Of a stretch of DNA of 64,000 nucleotides, positions 55,072-64,000 are shown one piece after another. The notes under the pieces are model-generated. The model was not told the DNA's origin. It worked only from the letters and a program-made list of their open reading frames with translations, and ran no database searches. Each line of letters begins with the position of its first letter. The stretch's first letter is position 1. The stretch lies in NCBI GenBank assembly GCA_048885535.1, contig JBHLLO010000002.1, positions 16,952 to 80,951 of the forward strand, read 5' to 3'. A program made the position numbers and the translations under genes. The stretch comes from Candidatus Hermodarchaeota archaeon (GTDB lineage: Archaea; Asgardarchaeota; Lokiarchaeia; Sigyniarchaeales; SOKP01).

Positions 55072-57120
55072 TTGGGATTTAGTTTGGTATTATTTTTATC
55101 AAATAAAAGAAGATTCGGAACTTGTTCAAAGGATTGTTATGGATCTTGTGTTTTTGTGAGTGAATGGGATGATGAGGCACCAGAATTTAAATTTAAATCT
55201 GCTCAAGCTTTAAAGCAGCATCCTTTCACTAATGGCTTTTTTTGTGTTAAATATAATCATAGAGAAAAATTAATTTATCATCCTCATCGAATCAGAAAGC
55301 CTTTAATTCGTGAAAATGATAAAGGTAATAATCAATTCAAATCTGTCAGTTTCAAGGTAGCCCTAAATATTATTGCTAGTAAGATTTTCCAAATTAAGAA
55401 GAACTTTGGATCCACATCTATAGTAGCAGCTTTTAATTCTGGAAATTTTGGCCTAATATCAAGATTTGGACCATTAAGACTCTTTGAGAAATTAGGAGCA
55501 ACAATTACTACAGGGGGAATTTGTAACGAAGGAGGATGTGCTGGTCTTAAAAACTTATTTGGTACTTATTCCACTACAAATCCATTTCAAATCAATAATG
55601 CATCAACAAAATTAATTGTAGTTTGGGGAAGTGATCTATCTAATAGAAATGTCCATGCATATTATTTAGTAAAACAAGCTCAAAAAAGAGGAGTAAAACT
55701 TATTGTTATCGATTCCCGTAAGACTAAGATTGCCCAAGAAGCGGACATTTATATATATACTAAACCAGGTACGGATTACATTTTAGCTCAGGCAATTCTG
55801 AAAATGTTAATTGATGATAAATCTGTAGATCATAATTTCTTAGAAAAACACGTCGATGGACATGAGGAAATTCTATTAAAGTTATCCGAATTAGATCTAA
55901 AAGAGAAAATATCTTATTTAAGAATAGGTTTTAAGAAATTACGACAAATTGTGGATTTGTTAATTGAATTCAAGCATTATACTCTTTTTAATGTAGGTTA
56001 TGGGGTTCAAAAAGATTTTTTTGGAGGTAGAATTGTTCAAGCAATTGCATTAATACAAATATTTCTTGGAAATCTTGGAAAACCTGGAACCGGTTTGATA
56101 TATTCACAAAGTGATTTTAATAAGGAATTCTTATCAAACATTATAAATTATATTACGAAGATAACTCCTAGTTCGAATATATCCGAAATAACTTTAATCA
56201 GCTTAGGTGAAAGTTTAGCTTCTGAAGAATATAAGATGTTATTTATTTACAATTTCAATCCTGCAAGTTCTCTTCCTAACCAAAATCAAGTTCAGAAATC
56301 ATTTATGAGAAATGATCTATTTATAGTTGTACTCGATAACTTTTTAAATGAGACAACAAAATTCGCAAATGTCGTGATCCCTTCAAAATTTGATATCGAG
56401 ACATACGATTTAATTTCTCCATATTATATTCCAGGAATATCTATTAATCAAGCAGGACCGTGTCCTTACGAAGAATGTTTTTCTAATTATGAATTCTTTC
56501 AGCATCTTGCAGTAAAACTTGGCTTTCAAAATGACCCGATATTTGGAGAGGATCAAAAAGTTATCTATACAACGTGTTTAAGTATATTACCTTTAGAAAT
56601 CCAAAAGAGTATTGAGGAAAAAGGTTATTACTTATTATTTGAACATGATACTATTCCTTTTAAGAACCTAAGATTCCCTACTCATAATGGTAAGATACAA
56701 CTTCAGAATGTAAAGTTTAAATTCGAAATGTCTCATTTAAAAGATAATTCATTAGTTAGGATTAACGAGTTTTCTCTAATAACTCCCTCTCATGAATATT
56801 TCATCCATTCTCAGTTTGCTCAAATTCATCCAGAGTATTTAGAAGATTTCCAGAAAGTTTTTTTATGCTCAGATGATATCAAAAGATTAGGTTATTCGTT
56901 AGGAGAAAAACTTAGAGTTTCAAATAAGTATGGATCCTCTGTATATATATTGGGAGAAGAAAATTCATTGAATATGGGTACAGCTATGATATATTCAGGT
57001 GCTCCATTAAAGATATCAAATAATCAAAATGTTAATATTTTTATATCAAATATACCTGAAGAATTAGGTTTATCAGGTGCATATAATTCTGCTAAAGTCT
57101 TAATTAAAAAAGTAAAATAG
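55072..57120 (+). CDS. Molybdopterin (bis-MGD) oxidoreductase family protein
   Basis: The N-terminal Fe-S motif is CSKDCYGSCVF...FFCVKY (C-x3-C-x3-C-x26-C). The body is MopB-like and the C-terminus is a beta-barrel (LGEKLRVSNKYGS). No Tat signal is evident. Confidence 0.8.
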   Translation: MGFSLVLFLSNKRRFGTCSKDCYGSCVFVSEWDDEAPEFKFKSAQALKQHPFTNGFFCVKYNHREKLIYHPHRIRKPLIRENDKGNNQFKSVSFKVALNIIASKIFQIKKNFGSTSIVAAFNSGNFGLISRFGPLRLFEKLGATITTGGICNEGGCAGLKNLFGTYSTTNPFQINNASTKLIVVWGSDLSNRNVHAYYLVKQAQKRGVKLIVIDSRKTKIAQEADIYIYTKPGTDYILAQAILKMLIDDKSVDHNFLEKHVDGHEEILLKLSELDLKEKISYLRIGFKKLRQIVDLLIEFKHYTLFNVGYGVQKDFFGGRIVQAIALIQIFLGNLGKPGTGLIYSQSDFNKEFLSNIINYITKITPSSNISEITLISLGESLASEEYKMLFIYNFNPASSLPNQNQVQKSFMRNDLFIVVLDNFLNETTKFANVVIPSKFDIETYDLISPYYIPGISINQAGPCPYEECFSNYEFFQHLAVKLGFQNDPIFGEDQKVIYTTCLSILPLEIQKSIEEKGYYLLFEHDTIPFKNLRFPTHNGKIQLQNVKFKFEMSHLKDNSLVRINEFSLITPSHEYFIHSQFAQIHPEYLEDFQKVFLCSDDIKRLGYSLGEKLRVSNKYGSSVYILGEENSLNMGTAMIYSGAPLKISNNQNVNIFISNIPEELGLSGAYNSAKVLIKKVK

Positions 57121-57124
57121 TTTA

Positions 57125-57652
57125 CTAGTTATCTTTTTTTTTTTTCTTTATAAAAGCTATATCTCCTAGTGAGCTACCAGTGTTTTTTTTCAAAAACTTT
57201 TCTGTTTGGACACTTGCTTCCACTTTATTAGTTTTTATGAGCAATTTGATATTATAAACGTTCTCAATTTTTTTTGCTAATTTAATGGTTGGTTGGACTT
57301 TACCTGCTTCAATTCTTCTTATTAAAGAAGGTTTTTCGTTAAGCTTTTGTGCAAATTGATCTTGATTAAGCTTTAGAGCTTGCCTTACTTTCCTTATTTT
57401 ATGATTAAAATCATCCACGATTTCAAAATTATCTTCAAACTCAGATTTTTTAAAATCTCTCCGTGTTTGTGAACTTTTTGTTTGTTTGGTTGTACTCTTT
57501 TCAGGTGTGATTATTTTCTTCCCATGTTTCGCACAAACTTGACATACAACAATTTTAGCCCCTTCAATCAAAACATTAATTCCCTTACCCCATATTATAC
57601 TACCGCAAATAGGGCATTCTTTATTTAAATCATTAATTCTTTTTTTAGCCAT
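57125..57652 (-). CDS. mbf1: Archaeal multiprotein bridging factor 1 (zinc ribbon + XRE HTH)
   Basis: The zinc ribbon reads CPICGS...CQVCAKHG. The C-terminal HTH reads IRKVRQALKLNQDQFAQKLNEKPSLIRRIEAGKVQPTIKLAKKIE. Confidence 0.8.
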   Translation of the reverse strand: MAKKRINDLNKECPICGSIIWGKGINVLIEGAKIVVCQVCAKHGKKIITPEKSTTKQTKSSQTRRDFKKSEFEDNFEIVDDFNHKIRKVRQALKLNQDQFAQKLNEKPSLIRRIEAGKVQPTIKLAKKIENVYNIKLLIKTNKVEASVQTEKFLKKNTGSSLGDIAFIKKKKKDN

Positions 57653-57885
57653 AATTTCAAATATATAATTAAGGAGGTGTTTATAAAAATAAAATTGGTT
57701 TGAGGATTCTTATAATTTTTGGTTTTAAGGAGTAATTCATTATAAAATATAACCTATAAATTTTTTAGAAATCAACTTTTAAATGATATATTGGTATTAC
57801 CTTAAATTTAAATGAACTAATGGTTATTATAAATTTAAGCAATAATCTTTAAAATTAAAACTTTTATAAAGGGGTATTTTGCTTT

Positions 57886-59094
57886 TTGACAACGACTAAG
57901 GAAAAACGAAAAAAAGAAGAAACAAAGGATGGAGAATATCTGATAACTTATACCAGACATTTGGAGAAAAGACTTCGCAATTTAGAGACTGAAAAACAAT
58001 TACTAGATGCGGAAAGAATACGATTAGAACAAGAATTACATAGTCTGAGGAATGAAATTGATAGATTAAGAGAACCTCCATTGGTATCAGCAACAATTAT
58101 TGACATTCTAGATGAAAAGGGACGAGCAATAGTAAAAAGTTCTACAGGTCCTAGTTTTGTAGTTAACATGAGTAGAAAGGTAAAAAACGAAAAATTAACT
58201 TCTGGAATGAGAGTTGCCCTAAATCAAAGAACCTTTGCCATTATGGAGGTTTTACCAACAAAATTAGATCCTTTTGTTAAGGGAATGGAAGTTATAGATT
58301 CTATTCCCGATGTTTCTTATGAAGATGTTGGAGGTTTGAATCAACAATTACAGGAGGTAAGAGAAACTGTTGAATTGCCTTTACTTAAGCCAGATTTGTT
58401 TAAAAAAGTTGGAATAGAACCACCTAAAGGTGTTTTGTTATATGGTCCTCCTGGAACGGGCAAAACATTAGTTGCCAAAGCTGTTGCTCATGAGACAGAA
58501 GCTACGTTTATTCGAATAATAGGATCTGAGCTCGTTCAAAAATTTATTGGAGAAGGAGCAAGACTAGTTAGAGAAATATTTAACTTAGCAAAAGATAAAT
58601 CCCCTACGATATTATTTATAGATGAATTAGATGCAATTGCATCCCAAAGACTTAAAATTGCGACATCGGGGGACAGAGAAGTCCAAAGAACATTGATGCA
58701 ATTATTGAGCGAATTAGATGGTTTTGAACAAAGAGGAGATGTTAAAATAATTGGTGCAACTAATAGAGTTGATATATTAGATCCAGCTTTATTAAGGCCC
58801 GGTAGGTTTGATAGAATGATCGAATTCCCAATACCTGATGAAGAAGCAAGGAGAGCAATCTTTCAAATTCATATGAGAAATCTAACTATTGAAGAGAACA
58901 TAAATCTAAAGAAACTAGTAGAATTAACAGAGGGTGCTACAGGTGCTGATATAAAAGCGATTTGTACTGAAGCAGGAATGTTTGCAATTAGAAAAAATGC
59001 AGAAATTATTATCCAAGATGATTTTATCAAAGCGATTGAAAAAGTAATGCATAAAGTAAAAGAAAAAGCAATAGAGTCAAGACTTTATACTTAA
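57886..59094 (+). CDS. pan: Proteasome-activating nucleotidase PAN
   Basis: An N-terminal coiled coil and OB domain are followed by [24 protein letters not shown] and a C-terminal L-Y-T (HbYX-type) motif. Confidence 0.95.
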   Translation: MTTTKEKRKKEETKDGEYLITYTRHLEKRLRNLETEKQLLDAERIRLEQELHSLRNEIDRLREPPLVSATIIDILDEKGRAIVKSSTGPSFVVNMSRKVKNEKLTSGMRVALNQRTFAIMEVLPTKLDPFVKGMEVIDSIPDVSYEDVGGLNQQLQEVRETVELPLLKPDLFKKVGIEPPKGVLLYGPPGTGKTLVAKAVAHETEATFIRIIGSELVQKFIGEGARLVREIFNLAKDKSPTILFIDELDAIASQRLKIATSGDREVQRTLMQLLSELDGFEQRGDVKIIGATNRVDILDPALLRPGRFDRMIEFPIPDEEARRAIFQIHMRNLTIEENINLKKLVELTEGATGADIKAICTEAGMFAIRKNAEIIIQDDFIKAIEKVMHKVKEKAIESRLYT

Positions 59095-59173
59095 ATTAAA
59101 ATCTTTTTCTTCAAGTAATTTCAGTGATTATTCTATTACTTACTTTTAAAATAAATATTTCTTGTAGAATATT

Positions 59174-59665
59174 ATGGAACAAGATTTTCTGTTAACATTA
59201 AGAAAAGTTAAAGCAATTAGTGATTACCAATTTGGAACAAAAATAACAGATATTTTATTTGATAATAGTGAAAAAGTGCATGTTTCTTTTTCCAAAAACA
59301 CGGGGACAATTAGACATGTCTATTATGACAACAATTTAATGTTAAATTTTCGACCTGATAATGGGTTCTTTACTTTAACGTTATTTGCAGCTAAAAGAAT
59401 TATCTCTAATATTTCAACGCCAAAATTGCGAGTTATAGTCTTAAATGAAATATCAGAATTTATAAAAAAGGGTAGAAATGTATTTTGTAAGCATGTAATT
59501 GATATTGATGCTGATTTGAGAGCTTTAGATGAGGTAATTGTTGTTAATCAAGATGATGAATTATTAGCAATCGGTAAATTAATGTTCCCTACTCCTTATG
59601 TGAAAAGTTTTAAGAGAGGAATCGCTGTAAATGTTAGAAAAGGATTAAATAAATCTAAAATTTAA
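59174..59665 (+). CDS. PUA-domain RNA-binding protein
   Basis: The C-terminus DEVIVVNQDDELLAIGKLMFPTPYVKSFKRGIAVNVRKG is a PUA-type pattern. Confidence 0.7.
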   Translation: MEQDFLLTLRKVKAISDYQFGTKITDILFDNSEKVHVSFSKNTGTIRHVYYDNNLMLNFRPDNGFFTLTLFAAKRIISNISTPKLRVIVLNEISEFIKKGRNVFCKHVIDIDADLRALDEVIVVNQDDELLAIGKLMFPTPYVKSFKRGIAVNVRKGLNKSKI

Positions 59666-59705
59666 ATACATATAAAACAAAAAAATAGTAAAAACTGAGG
59701 ATTAA

Positions 59706-60185
59706 ATGGTCAAATTGCCTAAAGAAATGCAAAAAAAAGAAAAGGGTAAACCAAAGAGACCTCAAGCAGTTAAGAAAAGAGAAGGTTCTCAAATGGGGTC
59801 AAGACAAATGCGTCGAAGGATGCAACAACAAGGGATTGATATGGATCAGATTGAAGCAAATAGAGTGATTATTGAAGGTCCGGAAAAAACTCTCGTAATA
59901 GAACAGCCTGAAGTGATCCTTATGACACAAATGGGTCAACAAATTTATCAGGTAATAGGAGATGCAAAAGAATTCTCTCCAGAGGAATTATTAGTTGAGG
60001 CAAAAGAAGAAGTAGAGATTCTTGAATCCTCTGAAGAAATTGAAACTAAGCCAATAATAACAGAAAATGATATTATGCTTGTTGCAGCCCAAGCAAATGT
60101 AGATAAGGAAGAAGCTAAAGCTGTTTTAATTTCATGTGATGGAGATATCGCAAAAGCAATTTTGCAGCTTAAAAATAGACCTTAA
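59706..60185 (+). CDS. nac: Nascent polypeptide-associated complex protein (NAC + UBA)
   Basis: The NAC domain reads IEANRVIIEGPEKTLVIEQPEVILMTQMGQQIYQVIG. The C-terminal UBA-like region reads ITENDIMLVAAQANVDKEEAKAVLISCDGDIAKAIL. Confidence 0.85.
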   Translation: MVKLPKEMQKKEKGKPKRPQAVKKREGSQMGSRQMRRRMQQQGIDMDQIEANRVIIEGPEKTLVIEQPEVILMTQMGQQIYQVIGDAKEFSPEELLVEAKEEVEILESSEEIETKPIITENDIMLVAAQANVDKEEAKAVLISCDGDIAKAILQLKNRP

Positions 60186-60247
60186 TTTAAAAAAAAATAA
60201 TAATTATCAATAATTTTAGTCATATAATCTAAAGAAGGTAATAAATA

Positions 60248-60601
60248 ATGTCAAAAATTAAGAAAAAAGCAAAGGAAACTATAGAGAATTCGCTAAAACA
60301 AGATATAATATTTGAAAAAATCATTCGATTTTCGGGATGGATGTTTTTACTTTCTCTAATTGCATTTTTAGGAGGTTGGTTTGCCCTAGATATAATCCTA
60401 GACCTAGATATATTATCATTAGGCGCCTCAACACTTACAGTTACAATTTTCTTGGGAATTAACTCTGCATTTAGTTTTGGTTTAGCCTCAAAAGTTAAAG
60501 AAAATAGAGAACAGAAGAAAAAATTCTATATTGATTGGTTAATCGCTGAGTTTTTATTCAGTATGATTGCAATTTTTGCAATCTCAGTTTATCAATGGTA
60601 G
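60248..60601 (+). CDS. Hypothetical membrane protein (about 3 TM)
   Basis: 117 aa with hydrophobic helices. No motif was recognised. Confidence 0.5.
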   Translation: MSKIKKKAKETIENSLKQDIIFEKIIRFSGWMFLLSLIAFLGGWFALDIILDLDILSLGASTLTVTIFLGINSAFSFGLASKVKENREQKKKFYIDWLIAEFLFSMIAIFAISVYQW

Positions 60602-60673
60602 ATTAAGTTTTTTATTAAGTTTTCAACCTAACCTACAATTTTGCATACTTTTTATGCACGAATTATACTATAA

Positions 60674-61003
60674 TTATTTATAATCTTCTCTTGGTGGATT
60701 GAAAACATCAATTACATTCGAATCTTCTAAGATAATGGCTCCATGGTTTTCAAAAGAGTCGAATACATAACTATCCCCCTCTTTAACAATGAAGCTGCCG
60801 TTGTCAGTGATAAATTTTAATTTTCCTTTCAAAACATATCCTACTTGATGTTCTTTATGAGAATGAACAGGTACTTCTGATCCCTTATGAAGCATAAAGT
60901 AACACAACATTAAGTTATCATTGTAAGCAAGAGTTTTTCTATAAATTCCATTTAATGCTTCTATAAAATCTATAGCCTCCCCGTTAACTATCTTATTTTT
61001 CAT
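60674..61003 (-). CDS. Cupin-domain protein
   Basis: The cupin motif 1 region reads GSEVPVHSHKEHQVGYVLKGKL, with a later HGA. The ORF is 109 aa. Confidence 0.75.
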   Translation of the reverse strand: MKNKIVNGEAIDFIEALNGIYRKTLAYNDNLMLCYFMLHKGSEVPVHSHKEHQVGYVLKGKLKFITDNGSFIVKEGDSYVFDSFENHGAIILEDSNVIDVFNPPREDYK

Positions 61004-61413
61004 TTTATATTTCCTATTTAACCATTTTATTAAATTTTTTTATTTAAATATACACATGATTATTTACATTTAAAATTCTATAAGAAATTAAAAAATCAAT
61101 GAAGACGACATTTTTTTATATTTACTACAATTTATGAATTCTTGACTGTTTTGAATTACATAGACAGAAAGGGAAAATAACCTGTCGTGATTAAGATGTA
61201 CTGAACATAAAAATCGAAATATTAGATTAATAAAGTAAATTTAAATTCGAAAGATAAATAAATTTTTATATCAGAAGAGGTAAAATATTAACGTTAATAA
61301 TTTTTTAATAAATTTTTTGTCCCAAGTCTCCTTACCGACAAAATTATTTAATTATTAATAGTATAATATACCTGCTTAAGATATAAGAATATTAAAAAAT
61401 GTGTTAGGTTGTT

Positions 61414-63549
61414 ATGGCTTTGATACCAAACTCTCAAATTATTAATGGAAATAATTCTCGGAAATTAAATAGTGGAATTTTAAAAAATTTGTTGCCTAGA
61501 GTGTTTAGAACCGAAGGTGATGTAGTTCCTTTTGATCCAGTTAAAATTGAACAGAGTTTGATAAAAGAAACTGGGTTAGACAAAAATTTTGCTGATAAAA
61601 TAACAGAATTAGTTGTACGGCGTATTATTTCTTCGGGTATAAAATTTCTTTCTGGACCACATATTCGTGAGATTGTATGTTCAATCTTATCAGAACAACA
61701 TTATGAAGAAGAACGCAAATTATATACTAGAATAGGTATGCCTTTAATGGATTATGAGGCTATTTTAGAGAATGGTATTAACGAAAATGCTAATCAAGAT
61801 ATGAACCCAGAAAGTATTCATCATTGGGCAGCAAATAGAATATCTGACGAATATGCTTTGCTAAGAATTTTGGATTCTGAAGAAGCTCATGCACATTTAT
61901 ATGGTGATATTCATGTTCATATGCTTAGATATTTTGATTTAAGACCATTTTGTCAAGAATGGGATCCTCGGATGATTCTTGAGCATGGATTGCCACCTGT
62001 AGATAGTTGGGCGCATTGTAGTAGATCAGGACCAGCTGGAAGTCTAAGAGTAGCAGTTACTCATCTGGCAAAGTGGCTAGGTATTATTCAAGGTGAATTC
62101 AGTGGAGGTCAAGGTTATGATTATATAACTACATTTCTAGCACCATATGCTCGAGGGATTTCAGATAGAGAAATTGAACAATCAATGCAATGTCTTATTT
62201 TTGAAACAAATCAAATTTTTGCAGCAAGAGGTGGCCAAGTTCCATTTACTTCAATTTCTTGCACTCCAACTATTCCTGATGGTTTATTTAATATTCCTGC
62301 CATAGGTCCGCATGGTAAGGCTGTGGGTAAATATGGAGATTACAAAGATGAATGCTTAAAGCTATTTGATGCCCTAACTGATGTTTATATCCAAGGAGAT
62401 TATAATGGAAAATTGTTTGCATTTCCAAAACATGAAATAAAGTTAAAAAGAGAGTGGATAAAAGAGTTTGAACCTTCATATCTGAAAGTTATGGAAGAAA
62501 CTTCAAAAATGGGAACTCCTTATTTCTTAAATATGTGTCCAGATTGGATGCCCGATGAAATACATAGCCAGTGTTGCAGGAAATTTTTAAGTGGTAATGA
62601 AATAATCAGTAAATGTATTTCAGATCCTGAAGAGAGAGATAATTTTAACGTTTGGGAAAATTACGTTACTATTGGATCTCTACAGAGTGTTAGTCTTAAT
62701 TTACCTCGTTATTCATACTTATCAAATAATGAAGATGAGTACTTTAAGATATTGGATAAAAAGATGGAATTATGTGCAAGAATTTTAATAAAAAAATGGA
62801 AATTAATGGAAAAAAGATTAAAATCAGGCCATTTACCCTTATGTAGTGGTAAAATCAATGGAAAATCAATTTTTAATTTACATGATCAGAATGTATCTAT
62901 TGGGTTTACAGGGCTAAATGAAGCTGTGAAAAGTTTAATTAATGAGGAATTGCATGAAAGCGAAAATGCATATAATTTAGGCAAGAAAATTCTGAATTAT
63001 ATGGTGGCAAAATGTAATACAATGACAGATCGGGATGGATATTCTTATTCATTGTGGGAACAACCTAGTGAGCACACTGCTAGACGTTTAGCAATTTTGG
63101 ATTTGAAACATTTTCCTAAAAAGGCTATAGTTCAATCTTCAGGTAATTCAGCTTATTATACCAATTCAAGTCACATTCGTTATGATATAAATATTCCTTT
63201 GTCAAAGCGGATTCAGTTACAGGGAGATTTTCATCCGATTGTGAATGGAGGTGTGATTACACATATTTGGCTTGGGGAACAAAAACCTGATGTCCAAGGG
63301 TTATGGGAATTAACAAAAAGAATTTGTTTAAATACTAACACAGCGTATTTTGCTTATACTATTGACTTTACCTTCTGCCCTCATTGTAGAAAGATGTATC
63401 GAGGGGGGCAATTTACTTGTCCAAAATGTAGTTCTCTAGATGTAAAAGTTTATTCAAGAATTACTGGGTATTATAGCGATGTTAATAGGTATAATCCAGG
63501 GAAAAGAGCAGAATGGGAATCAAGAAAAAGGTATAATTTATTCAATTAA
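61414..63549 (+). CDS. nrdD: Anaerobic (class III) ribonucleoside-triphosphate reductase
   Basis: The N-terminal ATP-cone reads VVPFDPVKIEQSLIKETGL. The C-terminal zinc site is CPHC...CPKC, followed by the glycyl-radical motif SRITGYYS. Confidence 0.9.
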   Translation: MALIPNSQIINGNNSRKLNSGILKNLLPRVFRTEGDVVPFDPVKIEQSLIKETGLDKNFADKITELVVRRIISSGIKFLSGPHIREIVCSILSEQHYEEERKLYTRIGMPLMDYEAILENGINENANQDMNPESIHHWAANRISDEYALLRILDSEEAHAHLYGDIHVHMLRYFDLRPFCQEWDPRMILEHGLPPVDSWAHCSRSGPAGSLRVAVTHLAKWLGIIQGEFSGGQGYDYITTFLAPYARGISDREIEQSMQCLIFETNQIFAARGGQVPFTSISCTPTIPDGLFNIPAIGPHGKAVGKYGDYKDECLKLFDALTDVYIQGDYNGKLFAFPKHEIKLKREWIKEFEPSYLKVMEETSKMGTPYFLNMCPDWMPDEIHSQCCRKFLSGNEIISKCISDPEERDNFNVWENYVTIGSLQSVSLNLPRYSYLSNNEDEYFKILDKKMELCARILIKKWKLMEKRLKSGHLPLCSGKINGKSIFNLHDQNVSIGFTGLNEAVKSLINEELHESENAYNLGKKILNYMVAKCNTMTDRDGYSYSLWEQPSEHTARRLAILDLKHFPKKAIVQSSGNSAYYTNSSHIRYDINIPLSKRIQLQGDFHPIVNGGVITHIWLGEQKPDVQGLWELTKRICLNTNTAYFAYTIDFTFCPHCRKMYRGGQFTCPKCSSLDVKVYSRITGYYSDVNRYNPGKRAEWESRKRYNLFN

Positions 63550-63620
63550 TGATTATTATTTTGCATACGTGAATATTAGATTTCTCCTATTTTTAAATAG
63601 TTATAAAAAATAACTTATTT

Positions 63621-63938
63621 ATGCTATCTTTTAATTGTCTTGAGGAAATTCAGCAAAAGGTTGATGAGTGGATCACTAGTCATGGTGGATATTGGTCTCC
63701 ATTAGCTATGTTAGCAGCAATTATGGAAGAATTAGGCGAATTAGCTAGAGAAATTAATTGTAACGAAGGGTTTAAACCAAAAAAGAATATAATTGAGCAA
63801 TCAAAACTTGGAGAAGAGCTTGGTGACCTACTTTTTTCTTTAATTTGTCTCGCCAATTACTATAAAATTGATTTGAATAGCGAATTTAAAAAGGTTTTAA
63901 CTAAGTATTTAGAAAGAGATTCAAAAAGATTTCTTTAA
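63621..63938 (+). CDS. MazG-like nucleotide pyrophosphohydrolase
   Basis: The paired motifs EELGELAREI and GEELGDLLFSLICLANYYKIDL are typical of the all-alpha NTP-PPase fold. Confidence 0.8.
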   Translation: MLSFNCLEEIQQKVDEWITSHGGYWSPLAMLAAIMEELGELAREINCNEGFKPKKNIIEQSKLGEELGDLLFSLICLANYYKIDLNSEFKKVLTKYLERDSKRFL

Positions 63939-64000
63939 TTTTTAATGTTTTTTGCAAGTTTATAATTGAGTAAGTATTTTCATTTGTTAAGTATTTAAAT

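Noticed and set aside
61004-61413. 410 nt AT-rich leader upstream of nrdD as a riboswitch or ncRNA
   Set aside because: No GC-rich stems or conserved-looking structure were seen, and only trivially short ORFs are present. It is probably just a promoter or spacer region.
1-64000. CRISPR arrays, rRNA genes, IS elements
   Set aside because: Apart from the proline-codon repeat at 23164-23258, no regularly spaced direct repeats were seen. No GC-rich rRNA-like blocks and no transposase-like ORFs were found anywhere in the window.

Overview
The window is very AT-rich (about 30% G+C by eye, not computed), densely coding archaeal chromosome. No rRNA genes, CRISPR arrays, transposases or integrases were seen. 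The core machinery is plainly archaeal. It includes Nop5-fibrillarin, Cbf5, RNase HII, archaeal SAM synthetase, Pelota, RtcB with archease, and CDP-archaeol synthase. It also includes Orc1/Cdc6 next to both PolD subunits, RpoH with an unsplit RpoB, TFE, MBF1, NAC, PAN, class III ribonucleotide reductase and pyrK-pyrD. Three tRNAs are present, and tRNA-Thr carries a non-canonical intron. A Roadblock-fused Ras/Rab-like GTPase, an Elf1 homologue, unsplit RpoB and PolD together suggest a Loki-type Asgard archaeon. That assignment is inference only. Five things stand out. (1) An eight-gene, one-strand cluster of orphan proteins at 11.5-20.4 kb is built around a classical AAA+ ATPase. Two-thirds of that ATPase is missing from the ORF track because it has no ATG/GTG/TTG start. 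The cluster also contains what looks like a catalytically dead SMC/Rad50-like coiled-coil protein with kleisin-like and tandem winged-helix-like neighbours. (2) An unlisted 50-codon gene with a Shine-Dalgarno site has an N-terminus that matches the eukaryotic WH2 actin-binding motif. About 3 kb away lies a protein with a coiled coil, a polyproline tract and a WH2-like tail. (3) Two adjacent AN1-zinc-finger fusions occur, one to an M50 site-2 protease and one to a rhomboid-like protein whose Ser/His catalytic dyad appears substituted. (4) A LITAF-like split zinc ribbon is present. (5) Several genes have conserved N-terminal sequence upstream of any canonical start codon, and in three of four cases ATT is the first plausible initiator. 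All functional calls come from reading motifs by eye. No searches were run.
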